Assembly (NCBI RefSeq): GCF_009914755.1 | Contig: NC_060938.1 | Origin: the human T2T-CHM13v2.0 reference genome, Homo sapiens | Reading direction: 5' to 3' (one strand) | Length of the DNA stretch: 64,000 bases | Shown: piece by piece, positions 15,136 through 27,116 of the stretch | Layout: every line of letters begins with the position of its first letter | Numbering within the stretch: the first letter of the stretch is position 1 | Made by a program: the position numbers and the translations under genes | The notes under the pieces: generated by a model | Told to the model about the DNA's origin: nothing | Seen by the model: only the letters and a program-made list of their open reading frames with translations | The model's database searches: none

Positions 15136-15260
15136 CTCAAATTTCCGGGTGCCGAACCCTTCCGCAGTTTCACTTGCCACTCGCTGATTTTCTCATCAGC
15201 ACTGAGGACAAAAAAGGTGTGTGCCGAGGACCAGATCAGAGCACCAATGTGGCCTGGAGC
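15136..15260 (-). CDS. TEP1: TEP1 exon 49 (APGHIGALIW...KGSAPGNL)
   Basis: Minus-strand translation; acceptor acaccag; donor GTGAAA. Confidence 0.9.
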
Positions 15261-15413
15261 CTGGTGTACACAACAAGTTCAATTCAGTGCTTCTGATGAG
15301 CCAGGATGCACCATCTTTTCCCTCCCAGGCACATATGCAACCTCTAACGCCCAGTAAATACACAGCCAGGGTAGAATTCACACAGACAAAGAACCAAGGG
15401 TACACCGACTCAC

Positions 15414-15550
15414 CTGTGCTGTGGCCACAGCCTTAGCTTCCTGCCACAAGATTAGTTCCCCAGCTTGATTTCCAGATACTGCCATGGAACCATCTGGTGC
15501 CCAAGCCACAGCAGTGACGGCTGCAGAACTCCTTGGTATACATGTGTCAT
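15414..15550 (-). CDS. TEP1: TEP1 exon 48 ((D)DTCIPRSSAA...EAKAVATAQ; WD40)
   Basis: Matches the ORF at 15378-15668 (minus); donor GTGAGT. Confidence 0.9.
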
Positions 15551-15672
15551 CTGGAGGAGAAAGGACGTGTTTCATTAGGAGCTGGGATACTGCTGGGATA
15601 AGAGATATCAGGCCACCCTTGACCTTTTTTTGTGCCAGTAACACACCCTGTCTCTCTCCAAGCCTCACTCAC

Positions 15673-15805
15673 CTGCTTCCTTAGGAACCTGCCAGAGCCG
15701 TACAGAACCATCCTCAGAGGCGGTCAGCATGAGGCCTGAGGTTTCTGAAACAGCAGCAGCACGGACTGGGCCGCTGTGTCCCAGGAGGGTGTGGGTTTGG
15801 CACAC
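15673..15805 (-). CDS. TEP1: TEP1 exon 47 (VCQTHTLLGH...RLWQVPKEA)
   Basis: Minus-strand translation; acceptor ctcctag; donor GTGAGT. Confidence 0.9.
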
Positions 15806-15909
15806 CTAGGAGGAAGGGATGGAGATGGGCTCATGAGAGTGGGCACAACAGAAGGTTATTCCGCATACCTTCCCCACCTCCCTTGACTCTGGTCCTTGCA
15901 GGAACTCAC

Positions 15910-15986
15910 CAAGAGTGGATGCCATAACCGTGTGGCCCCATCTAGCCCGACGGTTACCACCAGAAGCTCTGACCCAGGCTGTCCAG
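15910..15986 (-). CDS. TEP1: TEP1 exon 46 ((A)GQPGSELLVVTVGLDGATRLWHPLL)
   Basis: Minus-strand translation; acceptor cttatcag; donor GTGAGT. Confidence 0.9.
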
Positions 15987-16080
15987 CTGATAAGACACAG
16001 AGACTGAGTCAGAAGAAGGGACGGAGCAGGGGAGAAAAGAAGAGACAGCAGGGAAGGGGAGGTGGCTGACGTTTTGTTAC

Positions 16081-16213
16081 CTGCACGGGGCTCCATGGCA
16101 GCTGCACAGTGGCTAATGGGTCCTGAGTGAGCAGGGATGCTGGTCAGCTCCACGCCTTGATGGTCCCACACTTTCAAGGTCCCATCCCGGCTCACAGACA
16201 CCACGTGCTCCTC
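16081..16213 (-). CDS. TEP1: TEP1 exon 45 (EEHVVSVSRD...CAAAMEPRA; WD40)
   Basis: Matches the ORF at 15806-16228 (minus); donor GTAACA. Confidence 0.9.
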
Positions 16214-16831
16214 CTGCCCACAGAGCACAAGATCAGAGCAGAGTCATATTGAGCAGGACATGGGAAACAGAACTTCCTCCACAGAGGTGGGTGGAGCATT
16301 AGGAGCATGGAAGATGTCAATGAGGGAGGAGAACTCAGGAACAGTGGGGTTGGGTGGCTCAGGACAGTGGGGTCGGGTGGCTCAAGTTCATGATACCAAG
16401 AGGCTGTGTTTTCATGCTCTCCTCTCTCCCTTTACACCAACCCTTAGCCTCAACACCATAATCCAATCCCAAGTATCTCATTTTCTTTTTCTCTTTTTTT
16501 TTTTTTTAAAGATAGGGTCTCACTCTGTTACACTGGAGGCTGGAGTGCAGTGGTTTGATCATAGCTCACTGTAGCCTTGAAATCCTGGGCTCAAGTGATC
16601 TCTCGCCTCAGCCTCCTGAGTAGCTAGAACTACAGGCATGTACCATGGTACCCAGCTAATTTTTATTTTTATTTTTTATAGAGATGGGGGGTCTTCCTAT
16701 GTTGCCTAATCTCTAGGTATCTCATTTTTATGCTCATTTTGCCTCTGGGATTAGATACTCCATGCACCGTCTCCCAAAGCCCCCTTAGCCCTTCCAGAGA
16801 CCCCCCAGTGGGATCTCCATTGCTTTCTCAC

Positions 16832-16939
16832 CACAGCTGCCACAGCGCTCACAGCACTCTGATGACCCAGGAACTGACCAAGCCGCTGTCCTGACTCTGG
16901 GTCCCAGAGCCCCACAGAGCCATCACTGGAGCAGGATAT
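16832..16939 (-). CDS. TEP1: TEP1 exon 44 (ISCSSDGSVG...AVSAVAAV)
   Basis: Minus-strand translation; acceptor ctctgtag; donor GTGAGA. Confidence 0.9.
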
Positions 16940-17197
16940 CTACAGAGTCAGAAGTCAGAGGAGTGGGATTATCAGCATCCCTCCAGCATTTTGGTATATC
17001 TGTAGTGTAGGGTGGAAGGCGGTTAGCCACGTAATTAAGGGCCTGGGTTCTCCTGGGTTCAAATCCTAGCTCTGTCACTCATTACTTTCTGCTTTGTGGT
17101 CTGTTTCTCTTTCTGAGCCTTGGGTTTCCCAACTATTTAATGAGTATAATGATAATGTACCTATCTGATATGGTGGTTGTGGGGCTGAGTGCGTCTA

Positions 17198-17515
<318 letters not shown>

Positions 17516-17586
17516 ACTTAGCATGCTGCCTGGCACACAGTGAGCATATAATAAATGGTAGCTATTGTCCATATTATTATTGTTAT

Positions 17587-17855
17587 TATTTTGAGATGGA
17601 GTTTCACTCTTGTTGCCCAGGCTGGAGTGCAATGGCGCGACCTCTGCCTCCCGGGTTCAAGTTATTCTCCTGCCTCAGCCTTCTGAGTAGCTGGGATTAC
17701 AGGCATGTGTCACCACGCCTGGCTAATTTTGTATCTTTAGTAGAGACAGGGTTTCTCCATGTTGGTCAGCCTGGTCTTGAACTCCTGGCCTCGTGATCCA
17801 CTCGCCTCGGCCTCCCAAAGTGCTGGGATTACAGGTGTGAGCCACCGTGCCCAGA
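17587..17855 (-). repeat. Alu SINE
   Basis: Alu consensus, reverse orientation. Confidence 0.85.
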
Positions 17856-18157
17856 CCTAGGCTTTCTTATTAGAGAGTTCCCTGGCTCAGCTTCATCATT
17901 GACCTTGGAAATGTTCTGAGTTCAATTTCCTTGTCTGAAAAATAGAGATAAAAGGAGTATCTACTTTACAGGGTGTTGTAAAGATTAAGTGAAGCAATAT
18001 ATGAAAAGAGCTTAGTTCAATGCCTGGCACATATCAAGTTTGACAAATATTAGCTATCACTATTATTAATGGGTGCCAGAAAAAGGACGAGGTGGGGAGT
18101 GTTGTCTTGCCCCAGGAACCCAGCTGGGCTCTGTGCCACCCCTGGCCCTTTACTCAC

Positions 18158-18271
18158 CAGTAGGTTATCTTTGGTCCAGGCACAGCCAGTGACCCAGTCA
18201 CGGTGACAGGCAGGGAAGGAGTGGATCAAAACAGGGGTTTTGGGTGTCCTCACGTCCCAGCAGAGGAGACT
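18158..18271 (-). CDS. TEP1: TEP1 exon 43 (SLLCWDVRTP...AWTKDNLL)
   Basis: Matches the ORF at 18050-18430 (minus); donor GTGAGT. Confidence 0.9.
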
Positions 18272-18506
18272 CTGGATAGGCCCCAAGGAGAGGGAGCAAT
18301 CAGGACCAAAGGAAGGATGGGAACCCCGGAGCCATTTCAGGCAAGAAATTTCAAGGAAAGAGGGGCACAAGGAAGCACAGGCAGACAGATCTATACTAGA
18401 TTTGGCAAAACAAAAAGCAGGAGGAAGCAATGGGAAATGGGTTGTTAAGAAATCTAGGAACTAGAGAGGCTATGGGACCCCAGGGTTGCATCCTTCTGCA
18501 GCTCAC

Positions 18507-18667
18507 CCGATCCCGGCCCCCGGTGGCCAGGCTGCCTCCATCAGTGCTGAAACTACAGCAGCTCACAGGGCCCTCATGTCCCCGCAGCTCAGTGCCACAG
18601 GGAAAGTCTTCTGCCTTGTGTGGCCGCGTCAGCAGCTGCCTTGGCCACAGCTGCACTGTGAAATCCT
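18507..18667 (-). CDS. TEP1: TEP1 exon 42 ((E)DFTVQLWPRQ...LATGGRDR)
   Basis: Matches the ORF at 18396-18656 (minus); donor GTGAGC. Confidence 0.9.
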
Positions 18668-19337
18668 CTGCATTGGAAAAAGAGAGAGGGAACAGCTTCC
18701 TGAAAGAGGAAGCCAGACAGGCCCTGGGAGGCCAAAGACAGGAGCGGCCATGGGGGCTGAGGGTGACACCTGAGGCTCAGCTCCATGGGAGGGATGCAGG
18801 GAGTCACAAGGCTGTGGAGAGGCCCTGGGCAAGGGTCATCAGCGAGTGTGTACATAGGACGGGAACGTGCGGCACTCCCAGCTCCAGCTCCACAGCTCAG
18901 GCCGGGAACACAGTTCCTTGTCTCTGCTTCTCTAACTGTACTCCCACAGCAGCTGCTCCAGACCCCTCCTCTTCTCAAGTGTCCAGTGTCACTTCCACCT
19001 CGTGACCTGTGAGGACCAGTTCTCCCTCCTAGAGAGGGCCTAGGCCATTCTACATTTTCACCTCAACATCTCTCTCTCTCCTTCTAAGGGAAACCTATCC
19101 CTTTTCACAGCAAAGTCTCCCACGGGGCAGAAACTCAAAGGATTACTGGGAGGTTAGAGGTCCCAGAATGAAGGTGAAGGAATGAGTGGAAACAGTCTAA
19201 ACAGATTATGCAAGATAATTGCATTCAAAAGCACTTTGAAAGTTGTAAAACAAAATCGCACATGTGTATTTTCATACACATATACATACAACTTGGAGAA
19301 AGGTGTTAGTGTCTTTAAAAGGAACAGTGATTTGTGG

Positions 19338-19635
<298 letters not shown>

Positions 19636-19682
19636 AAGAAAAGAACAGTAATTTGTTAACCCTGCCCACTGTCTAGTAGTAC

Positions 19683-19895
19683 CTGAGGCAGAAGCCAAGA
19701 GCTCCTGGGAAGTGGCCAGTCCTAGCACAGGCTTCTGGAATCTGGACAGGAGCCAGAGGGACTGAAGGGAGCATTCCTTGAGTGCCCAGCCCTGCAAGGA
19801 CCCATCTTCTGCACCACTCACCAATACCTTGGGGCTTAGCCAGGCCAGGGCGGACACTGCCACATCCAGTGCCTGACCCTGAGCCCCCTGGGAAC
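19683..19895 (-). CDS. TEP1: TEP1 exon 41 ((G)[10 protein letters not shown]...QELLASAS)
   Basis: Matches the ORF at 19315-19929 (minus); donor GTACTA. Confidence 0.9.
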
Positions 19896-20002
19896 CTAGA
19901 GAATGAGAGAGAACAAGGGAGTAAGACACTTGGGAAGGGGTAGGGGGCAGGGGCTGCGCTCTTTCTAAAGGCTCAAAAACCCACCCATTCCCATTTCAGT
20001 AC

Positions 20003-20156
20003 CTGAAGAGATTTTGTAGATCCTAATGCCATCCGCTCGATATCCAACAGCCACCCGATCACCATCTGGGCTGAGTGCCACAGAGAGGGCAGGAGAGAGA
20101 GAAAGGGAACCCAGGTGCCCACGGGGCCGACCCAGAGACCCTGACCACACCTGAAC
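20003..20156 (-). CDS. TEP1: TEP1 exon 40 (VQVWSGSLGR...IRIYKISS)
   Basis: Matches the ORF at 19965-20366 (minus); donor GTACTG. Confidence 0.9.
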
Positions 20157-20426
20157 CTGGGAACCAAGAAAAGGGCTTAAGGATACCACCTCCACCACGC
20201 GGTCCTCCTTCCTGTTTTGAGTTACAGCCACCCCCATTAAAGTCCTCCTTCCAGAGACTCTTCTCATGAGAGCTGCCCCTGCACACAGCGGCACCCCTCT
20301 CCCCGTGGTTCCTGCAATCCAAGCTCCTCCACAGTCTCCTCGACAAAGGACCCCCACCCCCACCAAGATATTCTTTGCCTTTGCTACTCCTCCTCACAAC
20401 CCACCACCAGCCCTCTGCAAGCTGAC

Positions 20427-20639
20427 CTTGCCATCCTCTCCAGCCGTCAGTAACTGGCAACCCGCATGCAGGAAAAGCGCAGCAGCAACAAAGCCATGGT
20501 GGGCAGGGAAGGCAGCCAGCCGTGCCCCTTCTCGCCAGGCCCACAGCTCCACCATACTGTCCAGCCGGCCCACAGCCACAACCCCCCCAGGCACATTGAA
20601 GGCCAAGGTACGGATAGAGGCTCCGGGTGCCCCCAGGTC
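20427..20639 (-). CDS. TEP1: TEP1 exon 39 (DLGAPGASIR...LTAGEDGK; WD40)
   Basis: Matches the ORF at 20394-20606 (minus); acceptor ctgtgtag; donor GTCAGC. Confidence 0.9.
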
Positions 20640-20782
20640 CTACACAGGGAGGTAGAAATGGAAACGTGAAGACCTGCTCTCAGCAAAATCTTAAGTGACC
20701 CAGAATGCTGCTGTCTGTCGTCTGCCACCCTCCACTCCTGTCCTCCTGTGCTTCCCCCAAGAGCAACACTGGACCTTCTTAC

Positions 20783-20938
20783 CTTGGTGACTTTGAGCCC
20801 ATCCACCTGGAAGAAGCTGATGCTGCCAGCCCAGCTGCCTGTGGCTATTACCTGCCCCTCTGGGTGGAAGGCAACACAGTTCAGGGACTTGGGGTAGGTG
20901 TGCTGGAAGGCCAGCTGCCCACGGACTGTGTCCCACAG
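20783..20938 (-). CDS. TEP1: TEP1 exon 38 (LWDTVRGQLA...VDGLKVTK)
   Basis: Minus-strand translation; acceptor ccctcag; donor GTAAGA. Confidence 0.9.
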
Positions 20939-21156
20939 CTGAGGGAGAGAGAGGAGGAATCAGGATGCTGAAGAGAGATGCCTGAACTTCTCAGTCCCAG
21001 ACCTCCAGGAGCAACCTTGTCCAGTTACCCTGCCCTCAGCAGGGAAGGCCTTCTCTGGCCAGGGAGTCAGCAGCCTCTGCCGCACTGAGAGAACAAATTC
21101 ACGAGGGTGAGTCATGGCTCAGGGCCACTCTGACCACTGCAGACCCCAAGTCTTAC

Positions 21157-21256
21157 CTTTAGGCATCCTCCCAAGCACACGGTGGCTAGCAGCCGGCAGT
21201 CTGGGCTCAGGCAGCAGCCAGTGATTTGGTACTGGTGAGCCTTAGTCTGCAGCACC
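21157..21256 (-). CDS. TEP1: TEP1 exon 37 ((R)VLQTKAHQYQ...CLGGCLK)
   Basis: Minus-strand translation; acceptor ctgggatag; donor GTAAGA. Confidence 0.9.
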
Positions 21257-21383
21257 CTATCCCAGGAAGATGAAGTCAGTCCTCTGGACCCTGGCCATCA
21301 GCTCCCTCCTCATTTCCTTCTCCTGGGGCTTCCAAAAAATGGGGAAGGCCCTCATTCCAAGACAAATGGGGAGGACCCCTTAC

Positions 21384-21508
21384 CGACAACCATGCTGCAG
21401 GTCCCAGAGCTCCAGGAGCCCGTCGAAGGCAGTAAGAAAGAGTGTATCATCGGAGAGGAACAAACAAGCAGAGATTCCATCACAGCCACTCACCACAGAC
21501 TTCTCCTC
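21384..21508 (-). CDS. TEP1: TEP1 exon 36 (EEKSVVSGCD...WDLQHGC)
   Basis: Minus-strand translation; acceptor tgtcgcag; donor GTAAGG. Confidence 0.9.
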
Positions 21509-22332
21509 CTGCGACAGTGGGTGAGGGAGCGCAGCTCAGGCCATCCCCTTGACCCTCCAAGTCCCACCACTCCAGGCCCCACCCAAAAAGAAGGCCAAGG
21601 CACAAAGGCCATGAGTCCTTGGCTCTCTATGTTCCAAGTCAAGCACACGTTCAAGTGGGGGCCTCGTGATCCAAGTGGGGCCACATTTTCTCCCCTACTC
21701 CAAACCCCATACCTATTCCCCAAGTTACAGAAAATTTTGATGGGTCTGAGAAAATGGGGTTACATGGGGTAGGGGATGACATGAGTGTAAAGAGGATAGA
21801 AAGAGGCTGTGGTTCTAGGACTCACCTCTCCAGCCTAATGTACTATTAGCCTCCCATAAGCACGCTGTGCTGCCATAATTCCCAGCAATTTACAAATTTA
21901 CCAGGAACATTCCCCTCCTGTGTCTTTGCTCAGGTTCCTTGTTCAAACAAGAGTGCCTGCCCTTCTCTATCCTATGTCCTCCTATAGCTGCACAACTCAC
22001 TCATGTCTTAATTAGATTACATGGCTATGTTTTGGTTCCTTTTTTACCTCGTATGTCTTATCTCCCAACAAAACTGACCACTTGGTGGGCAATGACAATG
22101 TCCCAAATCCTGTGTTTCTTGCAACGCTTAGCACAGTGCCTTAAATGGAAGGTGTGCAGCAAATATTTGCTGTGTGATTGATTTTTTGGCCAAGCCCTTT
22201 GAGCTGATGTGCAGGCAGTAAAGTTGCTGAATTAATCAGAGTGATAACAGGTGTGTTTGGCTCATCTAGGGCTTCAGGGCAGTCTGCATGGATTTTCAGA
22301 GGGTAAATTCTGCCCCTCCTTGATTGTCATAC

Positions 22333-22456
22333 CTGCCAAGTTCTCAGGTCCAACAGGTAAACTGTCCCATTGGCAGTGCCCACAGCTGCTCTTTGCCCAT
22401 TGGTGGAGAAGGCCACAGCAGTAGGGGATGAGGAAACTGCCAGAGACAGGCTGGAG
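22333..22456 (-). CDS. TEP1: TEP1 exon 35 ((S)SSLSLAVSSS...LLDLRTWQ)
   Basis: Minus-strand translation; acceptor tttctctag; donor GTATGA. Confidence 0.9.
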
Positions 22457-22637
22457 CTAGAGAAAGAGTAGGAAGAAAGGGAGGAAATAAACGAGAGAAT
22501 GCAAACAGGAGTTGATTTATGTGCTTCTGTGCCTGGATCCCTCTCCAGTGTTTCTGGTCATCCTTATTCCTCAGTTTCAGAAAGAGCTGCAGCTTGCTCT
22601 CTGGTGGGCTTACTAGGGTCTGGGGTCAAGGTCTTAC

Positions 22638-22878
22638 CTTTGCTGATTTTTCATGGTCCGGGGTTTATTAAGCCATCGTAGTGTGTGTTGGAGGTGCCAT
22701 CTCCGGGAGAGCAGCGAGGCTTGGTGGCAAAGAGGTGAGTCCAGGGGCTGGTTGGCTGCCTGCTGGGGCAGGAGCCGGGGGTACTGGCTGAGGATTGAAG
22801 CCTGCTGCCTCAGGAAGGTGCGAAACACTGCAACGTCAGCCTCGGGGAGCTTTTGTTCCTCTTTGGGGACTGAAGAAG
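22638..22878 (-). CDS. TEP1: TEP1 exon 34 ((A)SSVPKEEQKL...PRTMKNQQ)
   Basis: Matches the ORF at 22634-22903 (minus); acceptor ttttatag; donor GTAAGA. Confidence 0.9.
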
Positions 22879-23333
22879 CTATAAAAGGGTGGCAGAATGT
22901 CACTGGGGAGCCAGCTGGACCCCATTAGCCCCAGCACCAAATAAAACCATATGGTGTGTCTACAATAGTAAGTCTCAAAGTGTGGCCCTCTGGCCCTATA
23001 TCAGGAATATCTCTTAAAAGTACAAAGCTTTGAGCCCCACTCCAAACCTAGGAAACCAGAATATGGAGACCCAAGGATCTGCAATTTGAACAAGTTTCCT
23101 AGATAGTTTTATGCTAACTAAATAAAGTTGAAGAATCTCTGGTCCAAGAGATCAAGGTGAAAGGTCTCCTGAGAGTCACGTGCTCACCCTCTTGGCATTT
23201 TCAACTCGAAATGGAAATTTGAATCTTTTTTCCCTGACACCCACACCCCTGCCCCAACCCTGAGCAGGGCCCCCATAAGCACACCCAGGAGTCCCATATC
23301 TCAGAGAAGAACCCAGCCAGTGACTCATCTCAC

Positions 23334-23448
23334 CATAGAGGGCATGGGCCTCCAAGAGCCGAGAGACCAGACCCAATTCCAAGTGTGCAGCCACCACATG
23401 GAGGTTGGTAAGGAACTTCGAAAGAAGTCCACGGTTCCCGCTCTGGAG
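23334..23448 (-). CDS. TEP1: TEP1 exon 33 (LQSGNRGLLS...LLEAHALY)
   Basis: Matches the ORF at 23176-23397 (minus); donor GTGAGA. Confidence 0.9.
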
Positions 23449-23715
23449 CTGAGAAGGTCAGATTGAATTCATTAGGGATATGAAGGGGCTGGTGAGAAGG
23501 GACAGTTTAGTCTCAGAACCTGGATACAGAGATAGGATCTGAGCTGGGACAAAGGACTTGAAGAAGAAGGGCAGGAAAACTGAAAGGAAAGAGGTCAAGG
23601 GAGTTTGGGAGGGGTAATGGCGGCGGTGATGGTGGAGATGGTAACGGGGAGAGGGGTCTCAGAGCAACCAAAGCACTCACTTTGGGAAAGGTGTCTATGG
23701 GGTCTAGGAACTAAC

Positions 23716-23804
23716 CAGGTGGTAAGGCAGGTCTCCCAGAGCCTCAGGAGGGCAACTTCGGAAGGTGCCTGAGGCATCAGCGTCACATGTCTTCCAGAGC
23801 TGAG
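23716..23804 (-). CDS. TEP1: TEP1 exon 32 ((A)QLWKTCDADA...GDLPYHL)
   Basis: Minus-strand translation; acceptor tcatgcag; donor GTTAGT. Confidence 0.85.
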
Positions 23805-23955
23805 CTGCATGAACAGATATTGAGAAAGGCTCAGCCCTGCATCATTCCCAAGGGCAGTAGGTGAGCTGGCCAGCAGATGGGAGCACAGTGGGTGGTCCTG
23901 GCCTCCAGGCCCAAGCCCCACACTCAGTGCCCAGGCTGACTTGGGCTGCAATCAC

Positions 23956-24089
23956 CTGCAATGAGGATGTGTGCCGTGTCCTCTAGCCCTGGCCTCTTCC
24001 CATAGCAACGTTTAGCTGCTGTTCTCAGGGGCCCATCAGGGAGGCACAGCCGGGCACCAGGGCGCTCCAGAGGGCCCTCCCCTAGCAAA
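23956..24089 (-). CDS. TEP1: TEP1 exon 31 ((S)LLGEGPLERP...DTAHILIA)
   Basis: Minus-strand translation; acceptor gaggacag; donor GTGATT. Confidence 0.85.
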
Positions 24090-24315
24090 CTGTCCTCGTG
24101 TGAGGAAGGGAGAGAGAAGAAGGAAGAGGCCTGTCAGTGAGCTTCCTGGCACACAGTGGGCTCCTATTCCCCCCTCAAATAGCGGAAACTGGAGCAGCTG
24201 GAGCAGTAGCTCATTCATGGTCTGGGAGCCAGTTGTTGAAGCTATACAGAGGGCCCCGGCTCAAAGAAGGGAAGGCACAGAGAGGTCAGCGGGAGCTCTG
24301 CTGGGGCACCTGTAC

Positions 24316-24466
24316 CTGCGCAGACTCTGGACGAGGCAGGCAAACGGGCCCATGGGGTAGGGGTCTCCACTGTTACCAGCAGCCACTGCTTCTTCCCAGC
24401 TCTTAGTCCCCTTCGGTAGTGTCCGCCACACACTCAGCACTCCGTGCAGCTGGTCCACAGTCAAAC
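24316..24466 (-). CDS. TEP1: TEP1 exon 30 ((G)LTVDQLHGVL...ACLVQSLR)
   Basis: Matches the ORF at 24261-24629 (minus); acceptor gttttcag; donor GTACAG. Confidence 0.9.
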
Positions 24467-24626
24467 CTGAAAACTCAAGCTCTCTGAGGCCCTCATCTAA
24501 CCATACGGTGTCCCCGCCCCCACCACACCCAGTCTCTCCTTGAACTGCCTGCTGAGACCCCAAGGGAACCAATGTAATCCGAACCCTGGCCCTCAGCCTC
24601 CCAACCAACCCACCCCAAGCACTGAC

Positions 24627-24759
24627 CACTCCGTGTGACTTCTAGGGCAGTCAAGGCCTGGGGAAGGACATCAGGCCCGTGCTCCTTCTCCAGTGTGCTC
24701 AGGATGTGCTGCAGCAGCAGGGGGACAGTGGCAGGCAGGGTCCGGAGTCTCTCAGACAC
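24627..24759 (-). CDS. TEP1: TEP1 exon 29 (VSERLRTLPA...TALEVTRS)
   Basis: Matches the ORF at 24493-24759 (minus); donor GTCAGT. Confidence 0.9.
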
Positions 24760-25025
24760 CTAGGATGGCGGGAGGACAGCCTTGTTCAGTGCAGTGGGAG
24801 GAGAAGCAGCTTGGCTTGTGGGATAGGGAAGGGGCAGCAGGAGGACAGTGTGGAGGAATGAAAAAGTAAAGAACAACAGTAGGAGGGAAGTGAGGCGAGG
24901 TATGAGGCGAGGATAGGGAGTGGGTGATCACAAGACAGCAAAGGACGTGGGATAGGGATGAGACAAAGCAGCTGAAGAGAGAATGGGAAGTAGTGATTAG
25001 GACTTGGAAGGTGATGAGAACTGAC

Positions 25026-25118
25026 CTGCTCATACAGCGTGAAGAGCCTCAGGTGATCGGTGACCAAGCGCAGGTAGAGCGGCCGGCCTGATTCCCGCTT
25101 CACCAGCAGCAGTCGCAT
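25026..25118 (-). CDS. TEP1: TEP1 exon 28 (MRLLLVKRES...LRLFTLYEQ)
   Basis: Matches the ORF at 24786-25118 (minus); acceptor cttgccag; donor GTCAGT. Confidence 0.9.
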
Positions 25119-25576
25119 CTGGCAAGACTCAGGACTCAGGGTGGGGTCCAGGAGGGCTGCCCGCAGCCAGCCCTCTGCCCCAGCACCAGCCCCTCTGCCA
25201 GGCAGCTCCTCCTCTGAGAGTCCCCAGCAGACGCCAGGTCCATGGCATCATCCCAGGACACAAACCATCCCTCTCCTACGCTGCTCTGCCCAGCCAGCCC
25301 TGCCAGAAAACCCCTGTGGCTCGGCCTACCCCACCAAAAACCACTTGACTCATCCCCTCACCCCGAGAGGCCCTGGAAAGGCCATTCACCGGGGGAAGAG
25401 GGCTGGGTGACATGATCAGGAATCACAATTTTCTTATTAACAACTTCCCATGGACAGAATTTCTGAGAAAACAAAGGAGCAGGTCTGTGCAAGGCAGCTA
25501 GCGGCCTCGGCACCCCAGGTCCTCATAGCTCCCAGATTCACCCCACACACCCACCGGCCCCGGCCTAGAACCCAAC

Positions 25577-25756
25577 CTGGTTGTTAAATGGTGACTCCTC
25601 CAGCCGCTTCCCGTACAGGGCCAGCTCCTCTCTCACCAGCCGGGCCCGAGCAGAGGCCTCCAGAGGCCCCAAGGCCAGCACGTGGGCACCCTGGCTCTGC
25701 TCAAGGGTCTCCCCTAGGCCTGCATCACTAGACACACTCAGCACCAGGTGTACACA
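25577..25756 (-). CDS. TEP1: TEP1 exon 27 (CVHLVLSVSS...EESPFNNQ)
   Basis: Matches the ORF at 25565-25873 (minus); acceptor atatcacag; donor GTTGGG (weak). Confidence 0.85.
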
Positions 25757-25889
25757 CTGTGATATTTGGGCAAAGGGGCAGGAAGGTAGAAAGAAAAGGA
25801 GAACCACATTGGAGAGGCCTCTCTCCTCCGTGCCGTATCCCTCCTTCTCCCCAGCCTGCCTCCCGACACCCACCTCCTTCTCACACTCA

Positions 25890-26046
25890 CCCGGGGAAGC
25901 TTCTTTGGGATCCAGTCTGAAATCAGCTGCCCATTCTGGTCCACTAACCTATCAGCCCCATCGATGATCAGGACCTGGGTCTGGCCAGGATGCAGGGACT
26001 CAGCAGACTTGGGCAGCAGCCTCTGCTGCAGCTCCCACACCAGGCT
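25890..26046 (-). CDS. TEP1: TEP1 exon 26 ((R)SLVWELQQRL...WIPKKLPR)
   Basis: Matches the ORF at 25738-26055 (minus); donor GTGAGT. Confidence 0.9.
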
Positions 26047-26145
26047 TCTGTACATGGAGAGGAAGTCAGGGTCAGTGGGAGAGAAAAAAAAAGCAGGGGT
26101 GGTACGTGGGCATCAACAAGGCTGGGCTCATTGGGGGATACCCAC

Positions 26146-26321
26146 CGGTAGGTGCTGGGGAGGGCACCTGGCTCTTTTAGTTGGCCACGCAGATAGGTAC
26201 AGAGGCGTCTGAGCAGAGTGAGGGCAAGACCCTGGTCAGGACGAGCCCCAGAAAAGTGGAAGAAGACTAATGATGCCACCTTGGCCCCATCAGGAGCCTG
26301 CAGGGCTGACACAAGAGATGC
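26146..26321 (-). CDS. TEP1: TEP1 exon 25 (ASLVSALQAP...GALPSTY; NACHT)
   Basis: Matches the ORF at 25968-26399 (minus); acceptor cccatgcag; donor GTGGGT. Confidence 0.9.
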
Positions 26322-26440
26322 CTGCATGGGACAGGAACAGAAAACATGGTCACATTTTACATGCCTGAGCTCCCTGTGCCTTACCTCCTTAGCCCACACA
26401 GCCTTCCCTCCCTCCTGCCCAGGCCCCTGAGACTCTGTAC

Positions 26441-26635
26441 CAGGAAGGCTGTCTTGCCCTGTCCTGACTGCCCCGTCACCAGGCTCAGCCTTCCGTGGGG
26501 CAGCATCAGCCGTTGCACTGTGTCCTGAAGAAGGCGTGGCCGGGCAGGACTCGGTGGCTTCTGCAGCTGCTGGAAGGTGGCCTGGACCAAGTCATCGTCT
26601 GGGATGGACACTGGCTGCTCCAGCAGGGCCCCAGG
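26441..26635 (-). CDS. TEP1: TEP1 exon 24 (PGALLEQPVS...LVTGQSGQGKTAFL; NACHT Walker A/P-loop)
   Basis: Matches the ORF at 26381-26611 (minus); GxxGxGKT motif; donor GTACAG. Confidence 0.9.
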
Positions 26636-26793
26636 CTGAGGGTAAATGGGTCAGTGACTATCCATGGTGCCATGCTCCTCAGCACTCCCAGGCTAAAACT
26701 CACAGAGCCCCCGCCAAGCTACTTCCTCCCCAGGACAACCCAGACCACCCCATGTCCCTCTCCATGCCTCTGGTCACCAGTGCTTCTGCTGAC

Positions 26794-26911
26794 CTGCAGG
26801 TAGAGCTTCTGGATCATATTCCATACATCCTGCAGAACCAACTGCCCAAACTCCTCCAGCCCGCCAACATAGGGCCGGCCAGCTGCCACACCCCCCCACT
26901 CACAGGGGTAT
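26794..26911 (-). CDS. TEP1: TEP1 exon 23 ((R)[10 protein letters not shown]...MIQKLYLQ)
   Basis: Minus-strand translation; acceptor cccacag; donor GTCAGC. Confidence 0.9.
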
Positions 26912-27002
26912 CTGTGGGCAAATCAAGCACAACCAGGTCAGAGCAGGCCCGGCTCCTCTCACCACATCTCTGTACAGGTGCTCCCTACCTCCCTCAGCTC
27001 AC

Positions 27003-27116
27003 CTGCGGCAGGTGATCCCTTTCTGTCTGCTTAGGTAGCTCTTCAGTTCTGAGATCCGACGTGCGGCCTCTTCAGACTCAGAAACAAAGTCAGATTTCCA
27101 GGCATCTGGCACAGAG
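27003..27116 (-). CDS. TEP1: TEP1 exon 22 ((S)[10 protein letters not shown]...RQKGITCR)
   Basis: Matches the ORF at 26999-27268 (minus); donor GTGAGC. Confidence 0.9.

Noticed and set aside
18430-19005. 191-aa plus-strand ORF (and neighbouring plus ORFs at 18486-18773 and 18785-19012)
   Set aside because: Antisense to TEP1 exon 42 and GC-rich intron; Pro/Ser/Ala-rich low-complexity translation typical of stop-codon-poor GC-rich DNA; no splice or Kozak support
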